From an uncultured Bacillus sp. (lineage in GTDB: Bacteria > Bacillota > Bacilli > ZCTH02-B2): a stretch of DNA of 64,000 nucleotides. Shown here piece by piece: positions 40,698-51,377 of this stretch. The notes below the pieces were generated by a model. The model was not told the DNA's origin. It searched no databases and saw only the letters and a program-made list of their open reading frames with translations. The stretch's first letter is position 1. Each line of letters begins with the position of its first letter. A program made the translations under genes and the position numbers. Location: NCBI GenBank assembly GCA_947085265.1, contig CAMTVR010000012.1, positions 486,025 to 550,024 on the forward strand. The letters are read 5' to 3'.

Positions 40698-41357
40698 TCA
40701 CAGCCGTTTGATGTCGATGTCGCCGACAAGATAAAAGATCACCAGCTTCAGCTTTTGCCTGCTCTGATGGTATCCAGGAGACTGCCACTGTACTTTGTTC
40801 AGCAACCCGGAATCCGTCTCCTGATCCAGCCGGATTCGACCGGCCCCGACAAATGCATCCATCGTAATTCCATAATCACCCGGGATCAACATGTCCACAT
40901 CCCCGGCTATCCCGTGAAGAATGATGGTCGTCTCTTCCTGTTCCGGCATCGCTAAGGAAAAATCCAAGTTGATTTCTCCAGCCAGATGCCACAAACCCAT
41001 ATTTTGCAACACCCATGGGTCACGATCACATTTCATGCTTTCCACCAGCTTCTGCTTTTGTCGGGAAACAGGATGGCGGTGCACTTGTTTTGATTTTAGG
41101 TAAAACAGTCCCAGTGAGATGAGAATCATCGCAATGACTAGTGTCAAATTGTTGCTGATGAGAATGATCAAACCGATGCAAGCAAAGAGATATCCTTTTC
41201 TCGGGTCGCTCAGTCCGTGCGCACGGTAAACACCCAGGATGATCAACAGGAGGGCGACAAGCGTCACAAAACCCACTAGCTTATTTAGCAGCAAAAAAAT
41301 GCCCGTTCCGATGAGCAACAAAGCCGTATTGCGTTGGCGTGGTTTTTTTGTGTCCAT
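40698..41357 (-). CDS. liaF: LiaF membrane protein
   Basis: N-terminal TMs plus C-terminal DUF2154-like beta domain ending GDIDIKRL. Confidence 0.85.
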   Translation of the reverse strand: MDTKKPRQRNTALLLIGTGIFLLLNKLVGFVTLVALLLIILGVYRAHGLSDPRKGYLFACIGLIILISNNLTLVIAMILISLGLFYLKSKQVHRHPVSRQKQKLVESMKCDRDPWVLQNMGLWHLAGEINLDFSLAMPEQEETTIILHGIAGDVDMLIPGDYGITMDAFVGAGRIRLDQETDSGLLNKVQWQSPGYHQSRQKLKLVIFYLVGDIDIKRL

Positions 41358-41540
41358 GTCGCACCTCCCTCATCATCCGAAAAAGGGATCATCGGCCAAA
41401 CACCGGAAAGGCATGCATAAAAAACAGGAAGAAAAGCCATAGAGCGGCAAGACTGCCCTATGGCCTCGTATCTTTCTATACTATAGCACATCTTTCCGGC
41501 GAGATGACGTATGATCGTGCACAGCCATTTTAATCGGTTG

Positions 41541-42260
41541 TCAATTGTCCGAAGGCTCTTGTGGCGCTGTCCGGGTATCCTGTTCCGGGCGCACTTTTTC
41601 CCGCAACGCCTGCAACTGTTCTTCGATCTTCTGCTGTGTCGCGGCATCAGTGGCCTGATAAGGGTTGACAGCATCCCTCTGTCCAAGATGGGGCTTGCGA
41701 AGAATTTCCGCCTCGATTTCCATTTGCATGATTTTCTCTTCCATGCGGTGAAAGCCGCGTGCCGCCAGTCCTGTCTCCAGCACATGCGCACTGGATACCT
41801 GCGCCATATGCTTCCGTGTTTTCGCCATCTGGGCACGCACCGCAAGTTCATGGCGCTTGTTCCGCATGTGGTAATATTGATCTTTCATCTCGTGAAGCTG
41901 CTGCACCAATTCTTCCACCGTGTTCTTGGCTTGTAGGTAAAGGTCCCGGATCTCCTTCACTTTCTCATCATGATATAGTTTTTCTTCCAACCACATGCGG
42001 GCCCTGGCTTCCTCCCCGTTTCTCAAGGCCTCCATGGCCTTCGCTTCCCGATCCATGCTCAGCCGCACGGACTCATCCAAACGCTGCCTCAACTTCCGTT
42101 CAGTGGCCATCTGCTTGGCAACGCCTACCTCTGCTTGCGCGATTTCCTCCTCCATATCACGCAGATACTGGTTCAACATGACTACGGGATCTTCCACCTT
42201 GTCCAGCATGTCATTCAGGGAAGCTCTTGTGATATCCTTCATCCGCTGAAAAACGCCCAT
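41541..42260 (-). CDS. PspA/IM30 family protein
   Basis: MGVFQRMKDI...EDPVVMLNQYLRDM, coiled coil, FHRMEEKI. Confidence 0.92.
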   Translation of the reverse strand: MGVFQRMKDITRASLNDMLDKVEDPVVMLNQYLRDMEEEIAQAEVGVAKQMATERKLRQRLDESVRLSMDREAKAMEALRNGEEARARMWLEEKLYHDEKVKEIRDLYLQAKNTVEELVQQLHEMKDQYYHMRNKRHELAVRAQMAKTRKHMAQVSSAHVLETGLAARGFHRMEEKIMQMEIEAEILRKPHLGQRDAVNPYQATDAATQQKIEEQLQALREKVRPEQDTRTAPQEPSDN

Positions 42261-42261
42261 C

Positions 42262-42774
42262 TCACTGATCTCCTTCCTTCGTGTTTGATTGGATCGATGT
42301 TTTGGTGTTCTTCTCGTATTCCTTCAGCTTGGCACGCAGCGCTTCAATTTCTTTTTCCAGCGCCTTTTTCTCAAGCTCTTTCATCATCTCATCCAGATGC
42401 GAGTCTTTCGGCGGCATCCCAGCCGCTTCCTGGCTCACTGCCGGGCCGTCCATGCTGGGGACATGTTTACCCATCGTGCCCCAGCCGCCTCCCGTATGTC
42501 CCCAACCTCCACCGGATTTATGTCCCCAAAATTCACCAGATTGCATTGAGCCGCTGTAGCCGCTCCAGCCTGGCGAGAACATTTGGTCCGGCTCTTTCGG
42601 GATCACCAGGCTGGCAATGATGTACAACGGGATAATCACACCCCCGGAAAAAAAGGCGGCCAATGCCACGACCAACCGCAGCAGGGTAGGGTCAACGTTG
42701 AGCACTTCCGCCAACCCGCCACACAATCCTGTCAGTTTTCGGTCTCTGCTCGAACGGTACAGCTTTTTCATCAC
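42262..42774 (-). CDS. pspC: PspC domain protein
   Basis: KKLYRSSRDRKLTGLCGGLA, DPTLLRL, YIIASLVIP. Confidence 0.9.
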   Translation of the reverse strand: MMKKLYRSSRDRKLTGLCGGLAEVLNVDPTLLRLVVALAAFFSGGVIIPLYIIASLVIPKEPDQMFSPGWSGYSGSMQSGEFWGHKSGGGWGHTGGGWGTMGKHVPSMDGPAVSQEAAGMPPKDSHLDEMMKELEKKALEKEIEALRAKLKEYEKNTKTSIQSNTKEGDQ

Positions 42775-43445
42775 TTACAGCCCTCCTGATTCAACCTCTG
42801 ACGTAATCGATTCATTTCCTCCTCCACCGCCTGAAGCGCGGTACTGCTAGCGGCAACAGGTATACTCCGGGTCATTTGCCGGACCTCACGCCACGCTTTC
42901 GATTCCAGCTCCAGGTCGGAAATGCGCTCCTCCATGCGACGAAACATCTGCCTGTCGGGCCTGAGCCCCATTTTCCCCGTCCACTGGTTCATCTGCTGCT
43001 GCAGGCGCACCGTCTCCAACCGTGCCTGAAAATACCCTCGGTGCTCCAGCAATTCCTGGTATTCCATCCTTAATTCCAGCAATTGATTTTCCATTTCAAG
43101 CAGCGATTTCTCGCTTTCTTCACACAATACGTGGTAATCCCTGCTTTTCTCCTCGTAGTGCACCTTCTCCTGGAGAGCCAGGCGGGCCATTTCCTCTTCA
43201 CCGGCTTTCATGGCAAGATAAGCCTGATGCTCCCTTTTTTGCTTCATCTCTTCGAAATAAACAAGCTGCCGTTTCAGGAACTGCACGTGAACCTGACACT
43301 GTCGGTACAAACCTTCCAATTTATGGATTTGTTCCCGCAGTTCCGCCAAGTAGCAATCCATCAGTCGAATGGGATCCTCCGTCTGTTCCAACATCTCATG
43401 GAATGTGGCTACGCCGATGTCTCGCATCCGTCTGAATACACCCAA
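42771..43445 (-). CDS. second PspA/IM30 family protein
   Basis: MGVFRRMRDI...EDPIRLMD.YL, coiled coil, FRRMEERI. Confidence 0.9.
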   Translation of the reverse strand: MGVFRRMRDIGVATFHEMLEQTEDPIRLMDCYLAELREQIHKLEGLYRQCQVHVQFLKRQLVYFEEMKQKREHQAYLAMKAGEEEMARLALQEKVHYEEKSRDYHVLCEESEKSLLEMENQLLELRMEYQELLEHRGYFQARLETVRLQQQMNQWTGKMGLRPDRQMFRRMEERISDLELESKAWREVRQMTRSIPVAASSTALQAVEEEMNRLRQRLNQEGCK

Positions 43446-43550
43446 TCAAGCTCCCTCCTTTAATGTTCCAACCACAAGAAAACCAACATCCTGGTTTCAT
43501 TGTAGGGAAACCCCGGCTTTGCCAAAACCGACCCGCGGCGGTTTTTCACC

Positions 43551-43590
43551 CTGGACCAAAGACCAGGATACTTGTCCGACTTGTGTCGCA
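43551..43590 (-). promoter_or_regulatory. possible tandem LiaR operators
   Basis: Two imperfect 16-bp palindromes CTGGACCAAAGACCAG and TCCGACTTGTGTCGCA upstream of psp/lia operon. Confidence 0.35.
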
Positions 43591-43667
43591 TCCCCTCAGG
43601 CGACGGAAAACTGCTGAACCGTCAAGGCATTTCTTCGTCAAAAAAATGAAAACGCAATGGCACAACG

Positions 43668-43989
43668 CGGACCGAAAAAATAGGCTCGGGAAGCAGCCTA
43701 AATGATTTAAAGAAAAACATTGAACAGGAATTGGTCATGATTCGGTAAGGTTGAGGCTGTTAAAAATGCCGGGATTTCGGAACCATTCAAGAAAAACGCC
43801 ATCGTTTACCTTCGCGCCTCATCAGACTATATAACAAAAAATTCAGACATTCTGACAAAAAATATTGTCGTCGCGGCTGTTGATGGAACGATGTGCCGCT
43901 TCACGATGTCCCTGCCGCATACCGAAGCGACCGAAGGAGTGGAGCCCCGTTTCTTGGCGATGATGGAAACTTTAAAAACAAGAGATTGA
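43668..43989 (+). pseudogene. frameshifted 3' remnant of an unidentified gene
   Basis: Startless 82-codon frame 43741-43989 with protein-like text, preceded by a shifted frame and followed by a terminator hairpin near 44014-44056. Confidence 0.45.
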
Positions 43990-44163
43990 AAAAACAAACC
44001 ATATTCATTTGACAAAAAAAGCAGAGTCCCGATAAAGGGAAACACTGCTTTTTCTTTCAAATGATGGTGGAAGAAAGATATGATGGTATAATGTAATGAG
44101 CATAGATTTTTGCCAAGAAAGATTCTGTTTTTTGAAGATCGTTCACCTTGGGAGGGCCACTTA

Positions 44164-44757
44164 TTGTTTCAACAAATACTCGATTTTCTGATGAATTTTG
44201 GCGCTTGGGGCCTGTTTATCCACGCTTTTATCGACGCAATCATCTTTCCGATTCCCGCTTTTTTCCTGCAAGTGTCACTGAGCCTCATCTATCCTTCCTC
44301 TGCATTATGGCTGGCGACAGTCGGATACATCGGCTGTCTTTTAGGAACCCCGTTTGGCTATCTGATTGGAAAATTTTTGGGCAACTCCTTGTTGTATAAA
44401 TTGCTGAAAAAAGAGTGGATTGACTCTGCGTCAATAATGTTTCAACGCAATGGAGAACTGGCTATTTTAGCGGGCTCCTTTACCCCCATTCCTTTCAAAG
44501 TGTTCACCATCCTGGCCGGGTGTCTAAAATACTCTCTTTGGAAATTAATCGGGTACGCCGCCATCGGACGAGCAGCCAAATTTTACGTGGTTGGCGGGCT
44601 CTTCTACGTGTATGGCAGAGCAGCAGAAGCCATGATCCATGGTTACTTGAACTATATATTCCTTGGTGTGGCTGTTGTGCTTACAGTCGTGATACTGTTC
44701 ATGAAAAAGAGACAAAAGAAAAAAAGGCAAGGACAAACGCCAACGAAAGAGATGTGA
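44164..44757 (+). CDS. YqaA/DedA (VTT) family membrane protein
   Basis: DAIIFPIP, GSFTPIPFKVFTILAG, GRAAKF. Confidence 0.88.
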   Translation: MFQQILDFLMNFGAWGLFIHAFIDAIIFPIPAFFLQVSLSLIYPSSALWLATVGYIGCLLGTPFGYLIGKFLGNSLLYKLLKKEWIDSASIMFQRNGELAILAGSFTPIPFKVFTILAGCLKYSLWKLIGYAAIGRAAKFYVVGGLFYVYGRAAEAMIHGYLNYIFLGVAVVLTVVILFMKKRQKKKRQGQTPTKEM

Positions 44758-44861
44758 TTTCTCTAAACAGCTTCTCCCGCATCAATATAGTATTATCAGC
44801 ACTGTGTTTCAGCATTTTTTAAAGGGGCTGGGAGTTTTACCTTCGATCGTTCATCTAATGA

Positions 44862-44890
44862 TTGCAAGTTCTTGCCTCTTTAGTTATAAT
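44862..44890 (+). promoter_or_regulatory. sigma-A promoter of tRNA-Asp
   Basis: TTGCAA-17-TATAAT. Confidence 0.7.
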
Positions 44891-44906
44891 GGTTCATGTC
44901 ATGCAA

Positions 44907-44983
44907 GGAGCCGTGGTGAAGCTGGAGTTCACGCCTGCCTGTCACGCAGGAGGTCGCGGGTTCGAATCCCGTCGGCTCCGCCA
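44907..44983 (+). tRNA. tRNA-Asp(GTC)
   Basis: GGAGCCG/CGGCTCC acceptor, CCTGC-CTGTCAC-GCAGG anticodon arm, GGTTCGAATCC, CCA. Confidence 0.96.
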
Positions 44984-45011
44984 TCCTTGAGTGAAATCTG
45001 GTGCACTAGGA

Positions 45012-45040
45012 TTGACATCGACGAAAATTTGGCTTATGAT
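45012..45040 (+). promoter_or_regulatory. sigma-A promoter of three-tRNA unit
   Basis: TTGACA-17-TATGAT. Confidence 0.72.
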
Positions 45041-45060
45041 AATTTTTGTCTCTAACACAT

Positions 45061-45136
<76 letters not shown>

Positions 45137-45176
45137 GTACCCCTTTTCTTCGGGAAACAAGGGATGGCGGCAAGAT

Positions 45177-45265
45177 GCCGGGGTGGCGGAATAGGCAGAC
45201 GCACAGGACTTAAAATCCTGGGGTGGGTGACCACCGTACCGGTTCGATTCCGGTCCTCGGCACCA
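45177..45265 (+). tRNA. tRNA-Leu(TAA)
   Basis: CAGGA-CTTAAAA-TCCTG arm, long variable arm GGTGG-GTGA-CCACC, CCA. Confidence 0.96.
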
Positions 45266-45291
45266 CTTTAACAATTTTTTGCAAAGGATAG

Positions 45292-45366
45292 GGGCAGTTA
45301 GCTCAGTGGGAGAGCGCCACCTTGACACGGTGGAGGTCGGAGGTTCGATCCCTCTACTGCCCACCA
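45292..45366 (+). tRNA. tRNA-Val(GAC)
   Basis: GGGCAGT/ACTGCCC acceptor, CCACC-TTGACAC-GGTGG arm, CCA. Confidence 0.96.
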
Positions 45367-45377
45367 TTACAGAAGAT

Positions 45378-45403
45378 AAACCGCGAGATGATGCGGTTTT
45401 TTT
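45378..45403 (+). terminator. intrinsic terminator after tRNAs
   Basis: AAACCGC...GCGGTTT followed by T run. Confidence 0.75.
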
Positions 45404-45537
45404 GTATTTTATAGGAACCTCGGTGCAAAAAAGTCCAGTTGCCATGACAACCGATCCCCTGAGTTCCAAAGGGGACAGCATGGGCCTGCGAACTAGCGTT
45501 TGTAATCTGAAATACTTGACATATGATGGTCAATGAC

Positions 45538-46389
45538 TCAAGATGGCGTTTTTCTCTTCCTGGCCACTGCTTTCTTCCTTAATGCGTCGACGACAGAATT
45601 ATCCACTCCTTTTACTCCGAGTGGCCCATGAAAAGCTTGGCCGTCCCTGACTCCATGAAAATCAGAGCCCCCTGTGATGATCAATCCTTTCGCCTCGGCC
45701 ATCCGCAAATAATGAGCCTCATCATCCGCTGTGTGATCTGGATGGTAAACTTCCAATCCATCCATTCCTTTTGCGATCATTTGATCGATTAGTTCATCTT
45801 TTCCATACAAGCCGGGATGTGCCAATACACATACTCCGCCGGCCTGGTGAATCAATTCCAGCGCTTCAAGAGGACAGATCCGCGGTGGCACGACATAGGC
45901 TTTTTTTCCTGTCCCCAAATACTGTTCAAACGCCTCTCCAATCGTACCGACCACTCCCTTGTCCACCAGCACGGCAGCAATATGCGGTCTCCCAACGTTA
46001 CCGCCTTGCTCCTGTTTCGCATAAACTTCTTCGATCTCAATCTCTATTCCCAGCTCCTGCAATCGTTCTACAATCATCCGGTTCCGTAAATCGCGGGTAT
46101 TACGCAGTCGCTCAAGGCGGCGGACAAGCTGCGGATCCGTAAAATCGACAAAGTAACCGAGGACATGAACGTCGATTCCCTCGTACAAGGTACTGATTTC
46201 AATCCCCGGAACAACCTCAATTCCCATCCGATTCCCGATTTCCAACGCCGCTTGCAAACCAGCGACCGTATCGTGATCGGTAACAGCAAGAGCCCGCAGG
46301 CCAGCCTGTCGGGCCAGCTGCAAAAGCTCTTCAGCAGTGTGCCATCCGTCAGAAGCCCGGGTATGTGTATGCAAATCTGCTCTCCCCAT
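45538..46389 (-). CDS. PHP domain phosphoesterase (TrpH/YciV-like)
   Basis: DLHTHT.ASDG, VTDHDT, GIEIS, LAHP, GGSDFHG. Confidence 0.92.
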   Translation of the reverse strand: MGRADLHTHTRASDGWHTAEELLQLARQAGLRALAVTDHDTVAGLQAALEIGNRMGIEVVPGIEISTLYEGIDVHVLGYFVDFTDPQLVRRLERLRNTRDLRNRMIVERLQELGIEIEIEEVYAKQEQGGNVGRPHIAAVLVDKGVVGTIGEAFEQYLGTGKKAYVVPPRICPLEALELIHQAGGVCVLAHPGLYGKDELIDQMIAKGMDGLEVYHPDHTADDEAHYLRMAEAKGLIITGGSDFHGVRDGQAFHGPLGVKGVDNSVVDALRKKAVARKRKTPS

Positions 46390-46542
46390 TTGATGGATCG
46401 CTCCTTCTCTAACAACCTTTTTCTTTTCCCAGTATAACATTTCGTAAATCAATGAAATATGTCAAGATGACCTCTCTCACACTTTCTCCGCACCAATAGG
46501 CAAATATCCGATATAATGGATCAGGAGCAAAGGAGGATTTGT

Positions 46543-47685
46543 ATGACGGACAAAATTCGCTTGGCCCTACTCTATGGCGGGAAATCAGGTGAACATGAAG
46601 TGTCCATCCAGACTGCCTTTTCGGTATTAAACGCGTTGAATCTGGCACGCTATGAACCCATTCCAATCTACATCACACTGAATGGCACCTGGATCCAAGG
46701 AGAAACCATCACTCAACAGCTACATTCACCCGAACAGTTGCGACTCAAACCTCCTGTTCAAATGGTTTCAGGAATTGATCCTACCCGTCCATCGTTGATG
46801 CAATCAGATCAACCACATCACTCTTTACACGATTTAGATGTGGTCTTCCCTCTCCTTCATGGCCCAAACGGTGAAGACGGAACCGTCCAAGGGCTGTTGG
46901 AGCTGGCGGATATTCCCTACGTCGGTTCCGGGGTTCTCGCCTCCGCTGTCGGAATGGACAAGGCGATGATGAAGGCCGTCTTTGCCTCACGGGGACTTCC
47001 ACAAGTAGAATACCTGGTATACACGCGCAACCAATGGGAGAAAAACCGCGCTGCTGTCTTAGCAGAAATCATCGACAAGCTCGGCCTTCCCTGCTTTGTC
47101 AAACCTGCCAACCTGGGAAGCAGCGTCGGCATTACCAAGCCTAAGACAAAAGAAGAGCTGATCACTGCCGTGGACACCGCGTCCCGGTTCGACCGGAAAA
47201 TCATTGTCGAAGCCTTCGTCGATGCGCGCGAAATCGAAGTGGCCGTCCTCGGCAACGATGAACCGATTGCCTCCATTCCCGGGGAAATTATTCCGTCAAA
47301 AGAATTCTACGATTACGAGGCCAAATACCTGGATGGCCAATCCGCCCTCATCATCCCGGCTGAACTGTCAGAGAATATGACACTACAAATGCAGGAGATG
47401 GCCATTGAAGCTTTCAAAGCCATTGATGCATCTGGCCTGTCACGCGTCGATTTCTTCCTCTGCCGTTCCGACGGACGGCTGTTGATCAACGAAATCAACA
47501 CGATGCCCGGTTTTACCCGGTATAGCATGTATCCCTTGTTATGGCAGCACAGTGGCATTTCCTATCCGCAACTGATCGATCGGTTGGTTCAACTCGCCCT
47601 GTCTCGACATGAGGAAAAGAAAAAGACCCAGATTTTTCCTGATTCCCTGTCCAGCACCCCAGTCTCTTCCACAAGCGAGTCATAA
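46543..47685 (+). CDS. ddl: D-alanine--D-alanine ligase
   Basis: GGKSGEHEVS, LHGPNGEDG, GSSVGI, YDYEAKY, NEINTMPGFT. Confidence 0.96.
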   Translation: MTDKIRLALLYGGKSGEHEVSIQTAFSVLNALNLARYEPIPIYITLNGTWIQGETITQQLHSPEQLRLKPPVQMVSGIDPTRPSLMQSDQPHHSLHDLDVVFPLLHGPNGEDGTVQGLLELADIPYVGSGVLASAVGMDKAMMKAVFASRGLPQVEYLVYTRNQWEKNRAAVLAEIIDKLGLPCFVKPANLGSSVGITKPKTKEELITAVDTASRFDRKIIVEAFVDAREIEVAVLGNDEPIASIPGEIIPSKEFYDYEAKYLDGQSALIIPAELSENMTLQMQEMAIEAFKAIDASGLSRVDFFLCRSDGRLLINEINTMPGFTRYSMYPLLWQHSGISYPQLIDRLVQLALSRHEEKKKTQIFPDSLSSTPVSSTSES

Positions 47686-47794
47686 ATCCAAAGATAAGAG
47701 GCTCCACCAAATTTCCAAATGATGAAATGCCCTATCCTGCCAACCCAACCCCTATCCGAACCAGGCGCTAGTTCGAATAGGGGCTTTTTTTAGG

Positions 47795-49600
47795 TCACGA
47801 AAAATGTTCCCGCAACGCCGTGACATGCTCCAGGCCGCCACTGACCAGCAATGTATCCCCTAGCCGCAGCACGGTATCACCATGGGGAGTAATGCTTTCA
47901 TCATCCCTGTAGATTCGCAGGATGAGCGCGTTTCCCAAAAACGGTATCTCTCGCAGCTTTTGACCGTCGTACATCGGATTTTGCATCCTCACCTCAACCA
48001 GTGTGGACGCTGCATCCTGCAACGTGATCCAATCCAAAAGGCGCGGAAAAAGAACCATCGCCTTGAGGAAAGCTTTGCCTGCCAGCACCGCGGAGAAAAG
48101 GTGGATCTCATGCTTGCGGGCTTCTTCCTGAAGCACCGGATCCTCCAAAATGCAGACCACATGTTCCATCCCCAGCTCCTTAGCCGTCAGTGCGATTTCC
48201 AGGTTTAGTTTCCCGTTACCCGTACCGCATACGGCCACATCTGCGTCAAAGAAGCCTGTCTGTTGCAATGTTTCTTCATTCAGCTGCTCCAATCGCACAA
48301 AAGGATAATCCCCCTCCTGTGTGGATTCGGTAGTAAACACCTTGACGAGGATCCCTTGATTTCTCAGATCATTGACGAGCGGCAGCGTCACCGTGCTGGC
48401 CCCTAGAATGTGAACAGACTTGGGGCGGTTCTCCGGTTCTGGAAATATCCGGTTAAACAATATTGGTGAAACAATGGAAGAAGCCACCGCGGTCAGCACC
48501 AAAGCGGTATGGGTGGCCGAAGTCAGCAGCCCAAGCTGCATGCCAATTTCTCCAGCAGCGATGACCAGGCTCAAAGTGGCCGTCAAAAAAACGCCACCCG
48601 CCAGCACGATCCGGCCGGGAAACCATATCCTCAACAATAACATGGGCAGCATCTTGGAAAGAAAGAGGATGAGCAACAACAACGGCACCAACAGCAAAAG
48701 ATGTGGTTCCTGAAGCAGTCCGTGGAGGTCAAGCCGCACCCCGACCATCACGAAAAAAATCGGAATCAAAAATCCGTAGCCAAATGAATCCAGCTTGTGG
48801 ACAAATTCCCTCCGCGGAGAAAGCAGTGACAATGTCGCTCCAGCCAGGAAAGCGCCCAGAATCCCTTCTGCGCCCACCGACTCTGCCAGAGCGACAAAAA
48901 ATAGGATCAGCGCAAACGCTCCGCGCACGCCAATCTGACTGGTGGCCTTTTCTAGTCCTTCAAATCCCCGCCCATGCATCAGCATTTTGGCGATCCGGTA
49001 CGCCAAAAAGACAGCCAAAAACAAAATTAAGAGAAAAACCACTTTTCCTCCGCTACCTCTCCCGTGAAAGGAGACATACACAGCCAGCAGAATCATGGTG
49101 ACAAAATCTGAAAGCACGGCGATGATCAAGAAAATCTGGCCGATTTCGGTTCGTTCGATCCCTTTTTCCTTTAACGTGGGCAATACAACGCCCAAAGAAA
49201 TCGTGGCAATGATGATCGTCATCAAAAAGAAATCATCCACCAAGCCGAGCTTTTCTAAACCCAATGCCAGGACAAAAGACAGGAGAAGGATCAGGACAAA
49301 CACACCGCTCCCTGCAACGAGCGGATTGACCTTCCCCTTTTTCCGTCCGGATGACATAATCATTGTAAAGTCAATCTCCAGGCCGCTGAGAAACATCAAA
49401 TAAATAAACCCTAACAGCGATAACAACTCTAACCAGGCATCAGGCTTGATCAGATTGAAACCTGTCTGGCCGATGAGCATGCCCGCGAGAATTTCGGCAA
49501 CGACGACAGGAATCGCAAGACGCATGCGATGGATGAGAATCGGCACCAGAAACGCGACCAAGACCACAACCATGAGCGAAGTCAGATCAACGTGACCCAT
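47795..49600 (-). CDS. CPA2 cation:proton antiporter with RCK domains (YjbQ-like)
   Basis: LMFLSGLEID, ILGAFLAG, GYGFLIPIFFV, C-terminal TrkA-C (ITPHGDT). Confidence 0.88.
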   Translation of the reverse strand: MGHVDLTSLMVVVLVAFLVPILIHRMRLAIPVVVAEILAGMLIGQTGFNLIKPDAWLELLSLLGFIYLMFLSGLEIDFTMIMSSGRKKGKVNPLVAGSGVFVLILLLSFVLALGLEKLGLVDDFFLMTIIIATISLGVVLPTLKEKGIERTEIGQIFLIIAVLSDFVTMILLAVYVSFHGRGSGGKVVFLLILFLAVFLAYRIAKMLMHGRGFEGLEKATSQIGVRGAFALILFFVALAESVGAEGILGAFLAGATLSLLSPRREFVHKLDSFGYGFLIPIFFVMVGVRLDLHGLLQEPHLLLLVPLLLLILFLSKMLPMLLLRIWFPGRIVLAGGVFLTATLSLVIAAGEIGMQLGLLTSATHTALVLTAVASSIVSPILFNRIFPEPENRPKSVHILGASTVTLPLVNDLRNQGILVKVFTTESTQEGDYPFVRLEQLNEETLQQTGFFDADVAVCGTGNGKLNLEIALTAKELGMEHVVCILEDPVLQEEARKHEIHLFSAVLAGKAFLKAMVLFPRLLDWITLQDAASTLVEVRMQNPMYDGQKLREIPFLGNALILRIYRDDESITPHGDTVLRLGDTLLVSGGLEHVTALREHFS

Positions 49601-49663
49601 GTATGACCTCCTCACATCAAAAAAGAAAAAGGGGCATGCCGCCCCCGCTCCCTATTGCTCCGG

Positions 49664-51334
49664 TTAATCCACTTTCAGTATTGCCCCGGTGCTGGCAGAT
49701 GTCACCATCTTCGCATAACGCTTCAGATAACCGTGCTGAATCTTGGGTTCCGGTTCCTTCCACTCTGCCAGCCGCGCAGCCAGCTCCTCATCCGACAGTT
49801 CCACGCGCAAAATGCCATTAGGAATGTCAATGGTCACGATATCCCCATTCCGCAGCACGGCAATCGGACCACCTTCCGCTGCTTCCGGAGAAATATGACC
49901 AATACAAATTCCCCTGGTTCCGCCGGAAAAACGGCCGTCCGTAATCAAGGCAACCTCCTTGCCCAATCCCATCCCTTGGATGGCCGAAGTAGGCGCCAGC
50001 ATCTCCGGCATGCCAGGACCGCCGCGCGGCCCTTCGTAGCGGATCACGACCACATCGCCCGCTTTCACCTTGCCCAAGGCAATCCCGGCCAACGCCTCAT
50101 CCTGCGATTCAAAAATCACCGCCGGGCCCGAAAAACGCTGCACCGATTCATCCACAGCCGCTGATTTGATAACGGCTCCATCCGGTGCCAAGTTTCCGTA
50201 AAGGATAGTCAGCCCGCCCGTATGACTGTACGGGTTATCCAGTGGTCGAATCACTTCCGGATCCAGAATCTCGGCATCCTGAATGTTTTCACCCAGCGTT
50301 TTTCCGGTCACGGTAAGGCAATTCAAATTGAGAAGACCCTCAATCTTGCTCACTTCTTTAAGAATCGCCGATATTCCTCCCGCCCGGTGGACATCTTCGA
50401 TGTGATAGTGGGATGCAGGTGATACTTTACAAATGTGAGGCACCCGTTTCGACAAATCGTTAATCCGCGACAGGGGATAATCGATCCCGGCTTCATTGGC
50501 GATCGCCATCGCATGCAGCACCGTATTGGTTGACCCGCCCATCGCCATGTCCAGGATCAAGGCGTTATCCATAGACGCCACGGTCACAATATCCCGCGGC
50601 TTGATATCTTTTTCGATCAGCTCCATGATTTTGCGGGCCGCCTGGCGAGCCAGTTCCTCCCGTTCCGGCGTTCGGGCCAGGATCGTTCCATTGCCAGGCA
50701 GCGCCAGACCCAACGCCTCCGCCAAACAGTTCATCGAATTGGCCGTAAACATTCCGGAACAGGATCCACAGGTGGGACAAGCCACATCCTCGATATGCTT
50801 CAACCGCGCTTCGTCAATCTTGCCCGCCTGGTAAGCCCCCACCCCTTCAAACACCGAAATGAGGTCGACAGGCTGGCCATCATCCGTCCTTCCGGCAGCC
50901 ATCGGCCCCCCACTGATAAAAATCGTCGGCACGTTGACACGCATAGCGCCCATCATCATGCCGGGCGTGATCTTGTCGCAATTAGGGATGCAAATTAAAG
51001 CATCAAACCAATGCGCCATCACCATGGTCTCCAACGCGTCGGCAATGATCTCCCGGCTGGGCAGGGAATATCTCATCCCGATATGGCCCATGGCAATGCC
51101 GTCATCGACACCAATCGTATTGAACTCAAATGGCACGCCGCCTGCCTCGCGCACCGCCTCCTTGATAATCCGCCCAAACTCCTGCAGATGGACATGCCCC
51201 GGCACGATATCCACATACGAATTACAGATGCCAATAAATGGCTTGTTCATATCTTCATCTTTGACACCCGTCGCTTTCAAAAGAGCCCGATGGGGAGCGC
51301 GATCGATCCCCTTTTTAATCTTGTCGCTCCGCAA
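49664..51334 (-). CDS. ilvD: dihydroxy-acid dehydratase
   Basis: [50 protein letters not shown]. Confidence 0.97.
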   Translation of the reverse strand: MRSDKIKKGIDRAPHRALLKATGVKDEDMNKPFIGICNSYVDIVPGHVHLQEFGRIIKEAVREAGGVPFEFNTIGVDDGIAMGHIGMRYSLPSREIIADALETMVMAHWFDALICIPNCDKITPGMMMGAMRVNVPTIFISGGPMAAGRTDDGQPVDLISVFEGVGAYQAGKIDEARLKHIEDVACPTCGSCSGMFTANSMNCLAEALGLALPGNGTILARTPEREELARQAARKIMELIEKDIKPRDIVTVASMDNALILDMAMGGSTNTVLHAMAIANEAGIDYPLSRINDLSKRVPHICKVSPASHYHIEDVHRAGGISAILKEVSKIEGLLNLNCLTVTGKTLGENIQDAEILDPEVIRPLDNPYSHTGGLTILYGNLAPDGAVIKSAAVDESVQRFSGPAVIFESQDEALAGIALGKVKAGDVVVIRYEGPRGGPGMPEMLAPTSAIQGMGLGKEVALITDGRFSGGTRGICIGHISPEAAEGGPIAVLRNGDIVTIDIPNGILRVELSDEELAARLAEWKEPEPKIQHGYLKRYAKMVTSASTGAILKVD

Positions 51335-51377
51335 GTCATTTTCCTCCTTCTCCGAACTTGTCACACTTTTAAATATA

